From: a virus
Lineage: Duplodnaviria > Caudoviricetes
Virus record (IMG/VR): IMGVR_UViG_3300023105_003460
Location: 1 to 36,688 of that record
Strand: one strand, 5' to 3'
DNA: 36,688 nucleotides
Position 1 is the first letter of the stretch. Each line of letters opens with the position of its first letter. The position numbers and the translations under genes were made by a program. Below the pieces are notes generated by a model. The model saw only the letters and a list, made by a program, of their open reading frames with translations. It was not told the origin of the DNA and searched no databases. Positions 24,907 to 33,646 of the stretch are shown here, piece by piece.

Positions 24907-25295
24907 GTGATATAAAACTTATCACACCACCAGATAGAATTTATGATAGAGCTTATACAGTATTATTAGTACATCCTAGTGAAGCAGTAAAGTATCAGCT
25001 ACAAGAAACTATAAGAACATCAACTAAACACTATAATATTTACATATATGATATAAATACAGATGAGCATTATAATTGGTTGTTTGATGTTCATTTAACA
25101 TCTGATATTACTATTGTAGAGCTTGATAATTTACCTGAAAATTTGAAATGTATAGAATCATATTTAATATCATTTCCTAATACATATTGGATTACACAGG
25201 GCGAGAATCCGTTATATAACAAAATAAGTTCTAATCGTATATATACATTAGAAGAAGTAAAAGTACACATAGGAGATTATGGCGAAGTACAATAG
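24903..25295 (+). CDS. Hypothetical protein
   Basis: ATGA overlap; LITPPD N-terminus. Confidence 0.75.
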   Translation: MSDIKLITPPDRIYDRAYTVLLVHPSEAVKYQLQETIRTSTKHYNIYIYDINTDEHYNWLFDVHLTSDITIVELDNLPENLKCIESYLISFPNTYWITQGENPLYNKISSNRIYTLEEVKVHIGDYGEVQ

Positions 25296-25521
25296 GTATC
25301 ATGAACATACACCCTTTATCCCAGGTATTGCTGTAGTTGTTCGCAATGGCAACGTTGAAGCAGCCATGAGGAAGTTCAAAAAGAAAGTACAAGAAGAGGG
25401 CATCATACAAGAAGTCCGCAACAGACAGGAATACGTCAAACCATCAGAGAAAAGACGTAAAGCTAAGGCAGCCAGTCGGGCACGATGGCTAAAACGAATA
25501 GAAAAGGCCCAAAAGAAATAG
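25279..25521 (+). CDS. rpsU: Ribosomal protein bS21 (phage-encoded)
   Basis: VVVRNGNVEAAMRKFKKKV..EGII.EVR.RQEYVKPSEKRR; AGGAG SD. Confidence 0.93.
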   Translation: MAKYNRYHEHTPFIPGIAVVVRNGNVEAAMRKFKKKVQEEGIIQEVRNRQEYVKPSEKRRKAKAASRARWLKRIEKAQKK

Positions 25522-25549
25522 ATGCTTTTGTGTCTTTGATAAATATATT

Positions 25550-25635
25550 TGTCCAAGAGCAATAGTGCTTTGGACATTTATAGTGAGCGCCGAAAGGGCT
25601 CACAAACTAGTTCTTGCTTTTATAAGGAGAAACAA
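25550..25635 (+). promoter_or_regulatory. ROSE-like RNA thermometer in the Hsp20 5' UTR
   Basis: Three hairpins after TAAATA (25540-25545); the last pairs UUCUU(G)CUU with AAGGAGAA and contains the ROSE UUGCU motif with a bulged G. Confidence 0.75.
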
Positions 25636-26106
25636 ATGACTAGATTAACAACACTCGACTTACCTTCATTCACTCGCACATCAATTGGCTTCGATCGCAT
25701 CTTTGACGAGATGGACCGAATGTTTATGAATAGTTCTGCGAACAATAGCTACCCCCCATACAACATCGCTCGTCTCGATGAGGATGCGTATGCTATTCAG
25801 GTAGCGGTTGCCGGCTTTACGGAAGAGGAACTGGATGTCACACTGGAAAAAGGCATCTTGCGTATTGAAGGCAGAGCACAGAAGACTGATGAGAACATTA
25901 CATACCTGCACAAAGGCGTCGGGGCAAGAAGCTTCCGCAGGGAGTTTAGGTTGGCCGACTACGTTGAAGTAGTGGATGCTGGACTGAAGCACGGTATGCT
26001 TACTGTTACCCTCAAGCGAGTAGTGCCTGAGGAACTTCAGCCTAAAAAAATCAAGATTACTGGAAACAATGTTATTGACGGATTCGTTAACAAAGTTCTA
26101 GGCTAA
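25636..26106 (+). CDS. Small heat-shock protein Hsp20 (IbpA-like)
   Basis: IGFDRIF, YPPYNI, AVAGF, YLHKG, F.REF.L, GML, PKKIKI; start corrected to ATG 25636. Confidence 0.95.
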   Translation: MTRLTTLDLPSFTRTSIGFDRIFDEMDRMFMNSSANNSYPPYNIARLDEDAYAIQVAVAGFTEEELDVTLEKGILRIEGRAQKTDENITYLHKGVGARSFRREFRLADYVEVVDAGLKHGMLTVTLKRVVPEELQPKKIKITGNNVIDGFVNKVLG

Positions 26107-26114
26107 TCGTTGAA

Positions 26115-26130
26115 GGGGGCTTCGGCCCCC
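26115..26130 (+). terminator. cUUCGg hairpin (terminator or stabiliser; no U tract)
   Basis: GGGGGC-TTCG-GCCCCC. Confidence 0.6.
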
Positions 26131-26155
26131 GTAACATTTAACACATAGGAAAACA

Positions 26156-26473
26156 ATGAGTGAAGTAGAAGTAATTGAAAAACAAAAGACGGACCAAGAT
26201 GTAAAGCGCTCAATAGACGAACCTGGTAAATACGATGTGATCTTTCTCAACGATAATCACACGCCCATGGACTTTGTTGTTGAATTACTAATGAATATCT
26301 TCCGCCACGATCAGGAAACGGCTAACGATATTATGTTTGATGTCCATGAGAAAGGTAGTGGAGTAGCAGGCACATACAGTTATGAGATTGCCGAGCAAAA
26401 GACTACAGAGGCTACTATGCTAGCCAGGCAAGCAGGATTTCCTCTTGCTATTCACATTGAAAAAACTAAATGA
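26156..26473 (+). CDS. clpS: ATP-dependent Clp protease adaptor ClpS
   Basis: YDVIFLNDNHTPMDFVV, VHEKGSGVAG, EIAEQK, GFPL. Confidence 0.95.
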   Translation: MSEVEVIEKQKTDQDVKRSIDEPGKYDVIFLNDNHTPMDFVVELLMNIFRHDQETANDIMFDVHEKGSGVAGTYSYEIAEQKTTEATMLARQAGFPLAIHIEKTK

Positions 26474-27027
26474 GTCTTAGAGATCTAACTAAACACTATC
26501 ACCAAGAAGCAGAGCGTCAAGAGTTTGTCAGCGTATTGATGAGCGGGAAAATAAACCCTAATCTATATGCTACATATTTGTGGAATCAGTATTTTAGATA
26601 TGACGCTTTAGAAAAAATAGCAACTACTCATGGATTATTGCGCGGATATTATGATGGCATTTGTAGAGCCCCTCATATATATAATGATTTCCGATCATTA
26701 TGGAGTTACAATGGGCCTCCTGCACTAACATTAGGAACTGAAAAATATGTTCATCATATTATGTGGGGGATAGCTAGAACACCTGAATCACTAATGGCTC
26801 ATATATATGTAAATCATATGGGAGACATGAGTGGAGGGCAAATGATTTCTTCACGAGTTCCAGGATCCAAAACTATGTATAAGTTTGAGGATGCTGAGAG
26901 TTACAAGGAATATATTCGTAGTAAAATTAATGATGAGATGCTACCCGAAGCAGCATATGCTTTTAGAGCGGCTACTAAATTATTCCAAGATATGATGAGT
27001 TTGAACATTGAGCGAACTGTGGAATAA
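26470..27027 (+). CDS. hemO: Heme oxygenase
   Basis: LRDLTKHYHQEAE (proximal His), AHIYVNHMGDMSGGQMI. Confidence 0.9.
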   Translation: MSLRDLTKHYHQEAERQEFVSVLMSGKINPNLYATYLWNQYFRYDALEKIATTHGLLRGYYDGICRAPHIYNDFRSLWSYNGPPALTLGTEKYVHHIMWGIARTPESLMAHIYVNHMGDMSGGQMISSRVPGSKTMYKFEDAESYKEYIRSKINDEMLPEAAYAFRAATKLFQDMMSLNIERTVE

Positions 27028-27700
27028 ACTAATATCAACACACAATGAAATTGAAAGCATTATCAATCATGAAGCAATTAAAGCTAGCAGTCCAAGTCCA
27101 TTGGCAGGAACATATCCTGCTCTTCTTAGCGATACTCATTGGCATAACAGCCACGTTCGTAGGGCTCATGTAACTACACTAGACGCCCGTGAGACGAAGG
27201 GATTGTGGATGATGCATGTATGTGTGTTCCCAGTCCCAACTAACGATGCTCCTATATATGGCTTTGATGTAGTAGCAGGCAAAAACAAAATGACTGGAGC
27301 CTTCCACGATTTTTCCCCTACCCTAGATCCGTATCACCCACTACTAGAACAATACCGCAACTGGGTTGAAGGGTTTGTTCCTATCCGATCTCGCACTTTA
27401 CCCGACTGGGCACAAGCTATATTCAGTGATAAAATGATTGCGGCAAGCAATGTGAATACTCTTGACGAAGCTAATGATGTATTAGATTTAGCTGTGGATA
27501 ATCTACGGAAATATATGGTAGAAGTACCTAAATATACTGGCCCAGCTGATGCGTATAAAGTAGTAGAAGCACAAAATTTTTACTGTGATAACCAACGAAA
27601 AAATCCACACACTCCGAGAGTAATGGAGAGCTTAGGTATGCGGGAAGAGGATGTCACAACCTTTTGTCAGGATTTATTATTTCCTAAAATAAATATATAA
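27008..27700 (+). CDS. pcyX: Ferredoxin-dependent bilin reductase, PcyX/PcyA family
   Basis: RRAH, LWMMHVCVFP, PIYGFDVV, GAFHDFSP, LPDWAQAIFS, YCDNQRKNPHT; coupled to hemO; TTG start. Confidence 0.8.
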   Translation: MSELWNKLISTHNEIESIINHEAIKASSPSPLAGTYPALLSDTHWHNSHVRRAHVTTLDARETKGLWMMHVCVFPVPTNDAPIYGFDVVAGKNKMTGAFHDFSPTLDPYHPLLEQYRNWVEGFVPIRSRTLPDWAQAIFSDKMIAASNVNTLDEANDVLDLAVDNLRKYMVEVPKYTGPADAYKVVEAQNFYCDNQRKNPHTPRVMESLGMREEDVTTFCQDLLFPKINI

Positions 27701-27711
27701 AAGGAATAACG

Positions 27712-29277
27712 ATGAGATTTTATGAGATTTTGAGTGAGGGCGGGCTAAAGTATAACGATAAGCTAAAGCATTATGGCAAGTATGCTTTGATGGTTATAGA
27801 TGCCATCAAAGAAGGAGAACCATGGCCCATAGACCCAACAGAACGAAAAAAGCTAGGGATTGATGAAGTATATATCAAACCAGAATCAGCACAGGCATTT
27901 CAAGATGCGTTGTTTGGTAGAGGAATTGATCCTACTGACACTGATGCGCTAAATGTAGATGATGATGGATTCTTGATCCCAGCAGATTCAAATACAATCT
28001 ATAAGAACGATAGAGGACATGGAATCAATTTCAAATTTGAGGTAGATCAAGAGCAAACAGGAGCTAAGATATCTACTATAGAATGGAGCAAATTAGAAAA
28101 AACTGCTGATATGTCCACAAAAGCTGGGTACAACAAAGGAGACATTACAGAGGCTATCCTTGGCGCTGCTGTTGGTGCTCGCTTTGTAAAGAGGGATGGC
28201 GGAGATGTCACTCCACGCGATATATATAATGTCATAAAAAGTTTTGATACTGAGCCAGTGCCTGGCAAATCTACAATGAGAGGCGTATATACAGCCCAAG
28301 TAGCAGAAGACTCAGTTCAAATTGAAGTTGTGCTTACTAGCAAAGGATTCCAAACTCTTATAAACAAAGTAGCATCAGGATCTCCAGATGCAACTATTGC
28401 TAATTTAGTAGCAAGCTCTGCCAAATATGTAAATGAAGATTCTGGCGTAGAGGCAGCCAACCAACGCATTATTAAAGACACTGGTAAAAACAAAGTGTTA
28501 GTCAAGTCAGATGGAACAGCGGATCAAAAAGGAACTAAAGCAGACTTGTTCTTATATGTAGATGATATGGATCATGCTATCAACTTATTATCACTAAAAG
28601 CAGGAGATATCAAGCAGTTTGGACAAGGCAGTGGCTATAAATTCTCAACTTATCAAGATCTATTTAGAACTACATTTGGCATAGAGATAGATGAGAAGTT
28701 CAGAGCAATGATGCAAAAAGGCGAGGACGAGAAAAACAAGCATCTAAATTTTCCAATAGTATTTGAGATCTTTAAAGATGTAGGAAAGAAAATACAAAGA
28801 GAATTAGCAGGCGATGATACCCAACAAGAATTTACATTTATACAACGAGTATTGAATGGTATACAAACTCATGCTACCAGAGGTGACAATAAAGTAGAAA
28901 TGGTTATAGTTGGTGATGGTCCAAAAGCAGGTTATAAAAAATTGCGATTTGGAGAGAATCTAAAACTAGCTCTAAATGATTATGATATAGAAGCAGATGT
29001 CATAACTGATGGCGGGCAGCCACTAATTGAAATATTTGGTAAACGTGTAGGCACATCACTTGAGAAAAAATTTGCGAGAAAAAATGGCAGAATGGGTTTT
29101 GAACCAAAAATGATGCTATTTCAAGTAAGAACTAATAATAAGAAAAGTGAGAATACAATACGAAATATTATTGAGATGGGTCCGCTGCTAAAGCTATTAG
29201 CTACAGTAGATGATGTAATACCACAACAGCCGTTACCACAGCAAGCACCACCACCGCCACCCGAAGGAGTAAATTAA
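27712..29277 (+). CDS. Probable internal head protein with a PD-(D/E)XK-like motif
   Basis: TAAATA at 27690-27695; MRFYEILSEGG; GDITE...KADLFL...LSLK. Confidence 0.6.
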   Translation: MRFYEILSEGGLKYNDKLKHYGKYALMVIDAIKEGEPWPIDPTERKKLGIDEVYIKPESAQAFQDALFGRGIDPTDTDALNVDDDGFLIPADSNTIYKNDRGHGINFKFEVDQEQTGAKISTIEWSKLEKTADMSTKAGYNKGDITEAILGAAVGARFVKRDGGDVTPRDIYNVIKSFDTEPVPGKSTMRGVYTAQVAEDSVQIEVVLTSKGFQTLINKVASGSPDATIANLVASSAKYVNEDSGVEAANQRIIKDTGKNKVLVKSDGTADQKGTKADLFLYVDDMDHAINLLSLKAGDIKQFGQGSGYKFSTYQDLFRTTFGIEIDEKFRAMMQKGEDEKNKHLNFPIVFEIFKDVGKKIQRELAGDDTQQEFTFIQRVLNGIQTHATRGDNKVEMVIVGDGPKAGYKKLRFGENLKLALNDYDIEADVITDGGQPLIEIFGKRVGTSLEKKFARKNGRMGFEPKMMLFQVRTNNKKSENTIRNIIEMGPLLKLLATVDDVIPQQPLPQQAPPPPPEGVN

Positions 29278-29355
29278 TAGAAATAAGGATCATGGGTTTG
29301 ATGTTCCCGAGATAGATAAAAAACATCAAAACACACATATAGACAGGAGGAAATA

Positions 29356-29616
29356 ATGTTTAAATATGAAGTTGACTTTAGTAAAGGAAACTACGTTGTA
29401 GGATCCTTTGCGTATCCAAAATGCCCTTCTTGCGATAGCGCAAAAGAGCTTTTCAAAGAAAAAAATATCCAGTATATGTTTATACAAGCTGATAAGAAAT
29501 TATTTGGCAAGGTTATGGGAGTAACTAAATCACAAACAGTACCGCAAATCTTCATGGAAGGAGAATATGTAGGCGGTTTTGAAGAACTTCAGGAAAAATT
29601 AGGAGACACACAATGA
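29356..29616 (+). CDS. Glutaredoxin
   Basis: CPSC, TVPQIF, YVGGF; AGGAGG SD. Confidence 0.9.
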   Translation: MFKYEVDFSKGNYVVGSFAYPKCPSCDSAKELFKEKNIQYMFIQADKKLFGKVMGVTKSQTVPQIFMEGEYVGGFEELQEKLGDTQ

Positions 29617-30143
29617 GAAATATCGTACCACAAGTAACATTTAAAACAAGAGTAAGAGACGAAAACGTAGGCGGTTCAAATCCATACCGCTGGCAAGACG
29701 TAACTAGCGATGATTATTTTAAAGGCAAGCGGGTAGTAGTATTTTCACTACCAGGCGCATTCACTCCAACCTGCTCAACCTATCAAGTACCAGGCTTTGA
29801 GCAAAACTATGATAGAATTCGCAACTGCGGTATTGATGAAATATATTGTATTTCAGTCAATGATTCATTCGTAATGAACAAATGGGCACAGGATCAACAG
29901 TTATCAAATCTAAAAATGATTCCTGATGGTAATGGCGAGTTTACACGAATGATGGGTATGCTTGTTGATAAGCGTCACTTAGGATTTGGATTGCGTTCAT
30001 GGCGATATGCAATGATTGTGAACAATGGCGTTATTGAACAAATGTTTGAAGAGCCAGGCATCAACAATGTAGGCGCTGACGACGATCCATATGGGCAAAC
30101 AAAACCAGAGACTGTATTACAGTATCTCGAAAACACTATGTAA
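29613..30143 (+). CDS. Peroxiredoxin (Prx5/redoxin type)
   Basis: LPGAFTPTCS, SVND.FVM..W, PDGNGEFT, RSWRYAM. Confidence 0.95.
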   Translation: MRNIVPQVTFKTRVRDENVGGSNPYRWQDVTSDDYFKGKRVVVFSLPGAFTPTCSTYQVPGFEQNYDRIRNCGIDEIYCISVNDSFVMNKWAQDQQLSNLKMIPDGNGEFTRMMGMLVDKRHLGFGLRSWRYAMIVNNGVIEQMFEEPGINNVGADDDPYGQTKPETVLQYLENTM

Positions 30144-30151
30144 GGTAATAA

Positions 30152-30799
30152 ATGAATCGATTCTACAGAATAACATTGGAAGGATATGGAGGAGACTCCG
30201 TATATATAAAACTAACAAAAGAGGCTTACGATTACTGGTATAAGATTCGTAAAAACTCAGATGAAGATTTACTGCTAGACTATGTTTTAGAATCTGAAGA
30301 TATTGATTCATTTGATTACATTCCTCTGTCAGCGGACTTTCTACTTGAAGATGAGGACGCTGACTTCCGTGCTACTTGGAGAGAGTCTAGAGCTATCATA
30401 ACTAAACAATATGGTATTGATTATCGCTGTACAGAACTATCTGTATCTGAAGTATCATCAGATGCGTATAACAGCAGAGAGATCATACCGATATTAGAAA
30501 ATGTATCACTAAATGATTATTCACAAGACTATCCAGCAATGCTAGCCAAACAAGTATTAGAAGAGACTGAATCGCATTATATGCTACAAGTATATTCTTC
30601 AGAAAAAGGAAAGTTCTTTGAAGGGGTAGTAAGAACAGATGATAAATTTGATCCTAACAAGCTAACCTTTTTAATGCGAGAATACTTTAACGGCGACTAT
30701 ATAATAGAGAATATCATGTACAATAGTGATATGATTGATTCACAAAACCAAGACATTATAACAAAAGGTGTTTCGGCATCTATCTGGCGTTCACGTTAA
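30152..30799 (+). CDS. Hypothetical acidic phage protein
   Basis: 215-aa ORF; YRITLEGYGG and SSEKG motifs; AAGG SD. Confidence 0.75.
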   Translation: MNRFYRITLEGYGGDSVYIKLTKEAYDYWYKIRKNSDEDLLLDYVLESEDIDSFDYIPLSADFLLEDEDADFRATWRESRAIITKQYGIDYRCTELSVSEVSSDAYNSREIIPILENVSLNDYSQDYPAMLAKQVLEETESHYMLQVYSSEKGKFFEGVVRTDDKFDPNKLTFLMREYFNGDYIIENIMYNSDMIDSQNQDIITKGVSASIWRSR

Positions 30800-30812
30800 T
30801 ATAAAAGAGATT

Positions 30813-31004
30813 ATGGAAGAACAAGTAGAAATAAAATATATTGTAGATGCTAAAGAAGTTTTTACACACGATCCTGACAACCCCGAACAAACTATACTAA
30901 CTATACCACCCAATATAATAGAACAAGCTGGCTTCAAAATAGGAGATCAAATCAAAGTTTCTATTGGAGATCAAGGAACTATCATTCTAGAAAAAGCTAA
31001 ATAG
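30813..31004 (+). CDS. AbrB/MazE-like small DNA-binding protein
   Basis: ILTIPPNIIEQAGFKIGDQIKV...GTIILEK; start corrected to ATG 30813. Confidence 0.7.
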   Translation: MEEQVEIKYIVDAKEVFTHDPDNPEQTILTIPPNIIEQAGFKIGDQIKVSIGDQGTIILEKAK

Positions 31005-31059
31005 TAGCATAAAATAATATTGCGGGGATGATGTTTAGTATGTAAAGGAGGGTAGTTGT

Positions 31060-31722
31060 CTGGATAGATTTGAACATCTTGCGATGATGGGCTTTCTTAT
31101 ATTAGGTTTAGGGCTAATTCGTCTTGTAACTAATATGACTGGGCTAGTTCTAAAAGATAATATTTCTAAAGAATATAGCTTGCTTCCTAAAGTAGATCCA
31201 AATCTCGAGCCTAATGGAAGGCGAAAGCTCTCCATGTATGATACAAATGATGTTGAGTTTTATTGGGTTCATTCTATCTTTGTATTCATTACACTCTTTA
31301 CAATCATTCTATTTTGGTGGACCTATTATCCTCTAAATGATTTAGAATTTTGGCCTGATAAAAATTGGACTCTCTGGACATATCTATTATTTTTAACAGT
31401 ACCTATACTGATGTTTATGTTGTGTGAAGTATTAGCACCTCAACATCATAAAGACATTCGTGTAGATATGAAACGATATTGGTATCGTTATCATTCTGTT
31501 ATATTAGGGTTAGCTTGGTTAGTACAGGTAGCTCTAATTTGTAATTTATTATTATTTTTTCAAGAACCATGGGACTCTATAAAACTAATAGGACGATATA
31601 TTATGCTTTGTGTAATGTTACCTATGATTTTTACCCAAAACCATAGATTACACGAAGCTTTAATGTCTATATTTTTTATTGGGTTCCTATATATAATTGT
31701 TAAATATCACATATATACATAA
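31060..31722 (+). CDS. Multi-pass membrane protein, probable CTG start
   Basis: About six hydrophobic segments; AAGGAGG (31045-31051) lies 8 nt before in-frame CTG 31060. Confidence 0.7.
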   Translation: MDRFEHLAMMGFLILGLGLIRLVTNMTGLVLKDNISKEYSLLPKVDPNLEPNGRRKLSMYDTNDVEFYWVHSIFVFITLFTIILFWWTYYPLNDLEFWPDKNWTLWTYLLFLTVPILMFMLCEVLAPQHHKDIRVDMKRYWYRYHSVILGLAWLVQVALICNLLLFFQEPWDSIKLIGRYIMLCVMLPMIFTQNHRLHEALMSIFFIGFLYIIVKYHIYT

Positions 31723-31952
31723 TGCCATATAAATTTACACACACTATAATAAACTATAAAGGCGAACACGCCTATGATCATATATATTATCAACTAGAGC
31801 ATACTACCATAGGTATGATTAAAGCAAAGAACATGGCTCTAAATGAATACTACAAGTTACATCCCAACGCTGACGAAGAGAAGTATCTCAAGTTGAAAAT
31901 GGCTGTCAAGTTTGTACCTCTGGACGATATCCCCCCGGATTATTTTTCTTGA
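31722..31952 (+). CDS. Hypothetical protein
   Basis: TAATG overlap, 76 aa. Confidence 0.6.
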   Translation: MPYKFTHTIINYKGEHAYDHIYYQLEHTTIGMIKAKNMALNEYYKLHPNADEEKYLKLKMAVKFVPLDDIPPDYFS

Positions 31953-31995
31953 CTTTTCTGCTGTCCGTGCTATAATTAGAACTATACAGTAAATA
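31949..31995 (+). promoter_or_regulatory. Early promoter with TATACAGTAA box
   Basis: TTGACT-16 nt-TATAAT (31971-31976); box at 31983-31992. Confidence 0.85.
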
Positions 31996-32016
31996 TTACT
32001 CCAACAAGGCTATTCA

Positions 32017-32337
32017 ATGAAACAGTTTATCCAAAATTTGACAGTGACTGATCCCACAGGCGTTATTGAGAATATCTACGCTGACGGGCCCAACTTCACT
32101 ATCAACCTCGACGCTACACAGGACGGTGTATATATTGAGGCAAAAACACGCTGGGAGAAAACATTCAGCGAGCATCAGATAGCCGTAGGTAGCGCCGTTA
32201 TAGAATTTGAGACTGAGAACGACGACGTCAATAATGGAACTGTATTCGTCAATCGTGTTGATTGGGATTTGATTGAAGGCGTTGTAGCCTCAACACCCAA
32301 TGAAGATACTCAAAAAATATATGAGAAAAAGGCTTGA
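32017..32337 (+). CDS. Hypothetical early protein
   Basis: 106-aa ORF downstream of an early promoter. Confidence 0.7.
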   Translation: MKQFIQNLTVTDPTGVIENIYADGPNFTINLDATQDGVYIEAKTRWEKTFSEHQIAVGSAVIEFETENDDVNNGTVFVNRVDWDLIEGVVASTPNEDTQKIYEKKA

Positions 32338-32379
32338 CATTATCCTCAACTATGCTATAATACAATTATACAGTAAATA
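32334..32379 (+). promoter_or_regulatory. Early promoter with TATACAGTAA box
   Basis: TTGACA-16 nt-TATAAT (32356-32361); box at 32367-32376. Confidence 0.85.
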
Positions 32380-32399
32380 CATTAGCAACGCATAAGGAG

Positions 32400-32876
32400 A
32401 TGGCAATGAACATAGTAACTGTAACAGGCGGACAAAAGGCGCAACGTGAAAAAGCTGAGTCCATGGCATACTATGTAATACAGAAGCTGATGCCACGCAT
32501 GAAGACATTGAACATCGAAATCGAAATTAAGGATTTCGAAGGCGATGATTCCTGTGGCTATTGCCTGCCAGCTGGACACGCTAATACTAGTCGTCCAAGA
32601 GACTTTGAGATTGAGATCAATAAGTATTTGGACATGAGGACTATGCTCGAGACCGTAGCACACGAAATGGTTCACGTCAAGCAATACGCTCGCAAAGAAC
32701 TGTTAGAAACTTCTGCTGGACGACACCGCTGGTTGAACGAGTGGTATGAGGAAGGCAAAGTAAGCTACTGGGACCTGCCTTGGGAGATTGAGGCACACGG
32801 TAGAGAATGTGGTTTGTTCGTGCGTTGGGCACAGGACAATGGTTATAACGGACACTGGACAAAATCTAGGAGATAA
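32400..32876 (+). CDS. Zincin-type metallopeptidase
   Basis: TVAHEMVHVKQY and PWEIEA. Confidence 0.85.
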   Translation: MAMNIVTVTGGQKAQREKAESMAYYVIQKLMPRMKTLNIEIEIKDFEGDDSCGYCLPAGHANTSRPRDFEIEINKYLDMRTMLETVAHEMVHVKQYARKELLETSAGRHRWLNEWYEEGKVSYWDLPWEIEAHGRECGLFVRWAQDNGYNGHWTKSRR

Positions 32877-32877
32877 T

Positions 32878-33645
32878 ATGCTTACAGGTGTTAGACGCCC
32901 GCTCAGCCATATTGTAAAATTTGACAGAAGATATAAACCATCAAAGCCTATGTATTTTGAAACTCGAGAAGTAATTGCTGCAGCATTCGCTGCATATCGC
33001 CGTAACAATGGCTACCTCAAATCTGATTCCTTTGACTACCATAAGAACGTCTGGGTGTCATACGCCAACAAGAATTTAGTAAAGGATCACTTTGGCAGAA
33101 AAGGTGAGGTAACTACACACAAGCTCACAGACTTGGAACTCTCACAAGAGGATTATGACAACGCAGACATGGCGTTGGATCACTTCAAGAAATATACATT
33201 CAAATCTCTTGGTGTAGTAAATAGTAGTAACGGACTGAGCCAGTTCCAACAAGATGTGCTTGCTGCTATCTCAAATGAGGAAGGCGTTGAGAAGAATCTT
33301 ATTGGACTTGTTGCCTATATCCCCGAGCTAGTAAAGCGTGAGAAGAATGAGGCTGCTGCCAAAAAGACTATAAAATCTGATTACAGTGACAGCACACACC
33401 AAGGCACGAAGGGTGATAAAATTGAGGGTGACTTCACAGTATTAGAGAAGAAGTTCATCCATAGTGTTGGGCGTTATGTGTATTCACTAGGTATGAATGG
33501 CAACTTATACGGAGCTTGGAGCACTAACCTTCAAATGGAAGTAGGTTCAACTTATACTTTGTCTGCTAAGATACGAAGTCATGGACAATCATTCAAATAT
33601 AAATTTCCCGAGACTCAACTCAACTACGTCAAATCTAAAGGATAA
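32878..33645 (+). CDS. Hypothetical protein with an OB-fold-like C-terminus
   Basis: AGGAG SD before ATG 32878; [10 protein letters not shown]...VG.TY.L.AKI..H...ETQLNYVK. Confidence 0.7.
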   Translation: MLTGVRRPLSHIVKFDRRYKPSKPMYFETREVIAAAFAAYRRNNGYLKSDSFDYHKNVWVSYANKNLVKDHFGRKGEVTTHKLTDLELSQEDYDNADMALDHFKKYTFKSLGVVNSSNGLSQFQQDVLAAISNEEGVEKNLIGLVAYIPELVKREKNEAAAKKTIKSDYSDSTHQGTKGDKIEGDFTVLEKKFIHSVGRYVYSLGMNGNLYGAWSTNLQMEVGSTYTLSAKIRSHGQSFKYKFPETQLNYVKSKG

Positions 33646-33646
33646 T

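Noticed and set aside
25549-25635. 29-aa N-terminal extension of Hsp20 from TTG 25549
   Set aside because: This region is the structured 5' UTR; the SD points to ATG 25636
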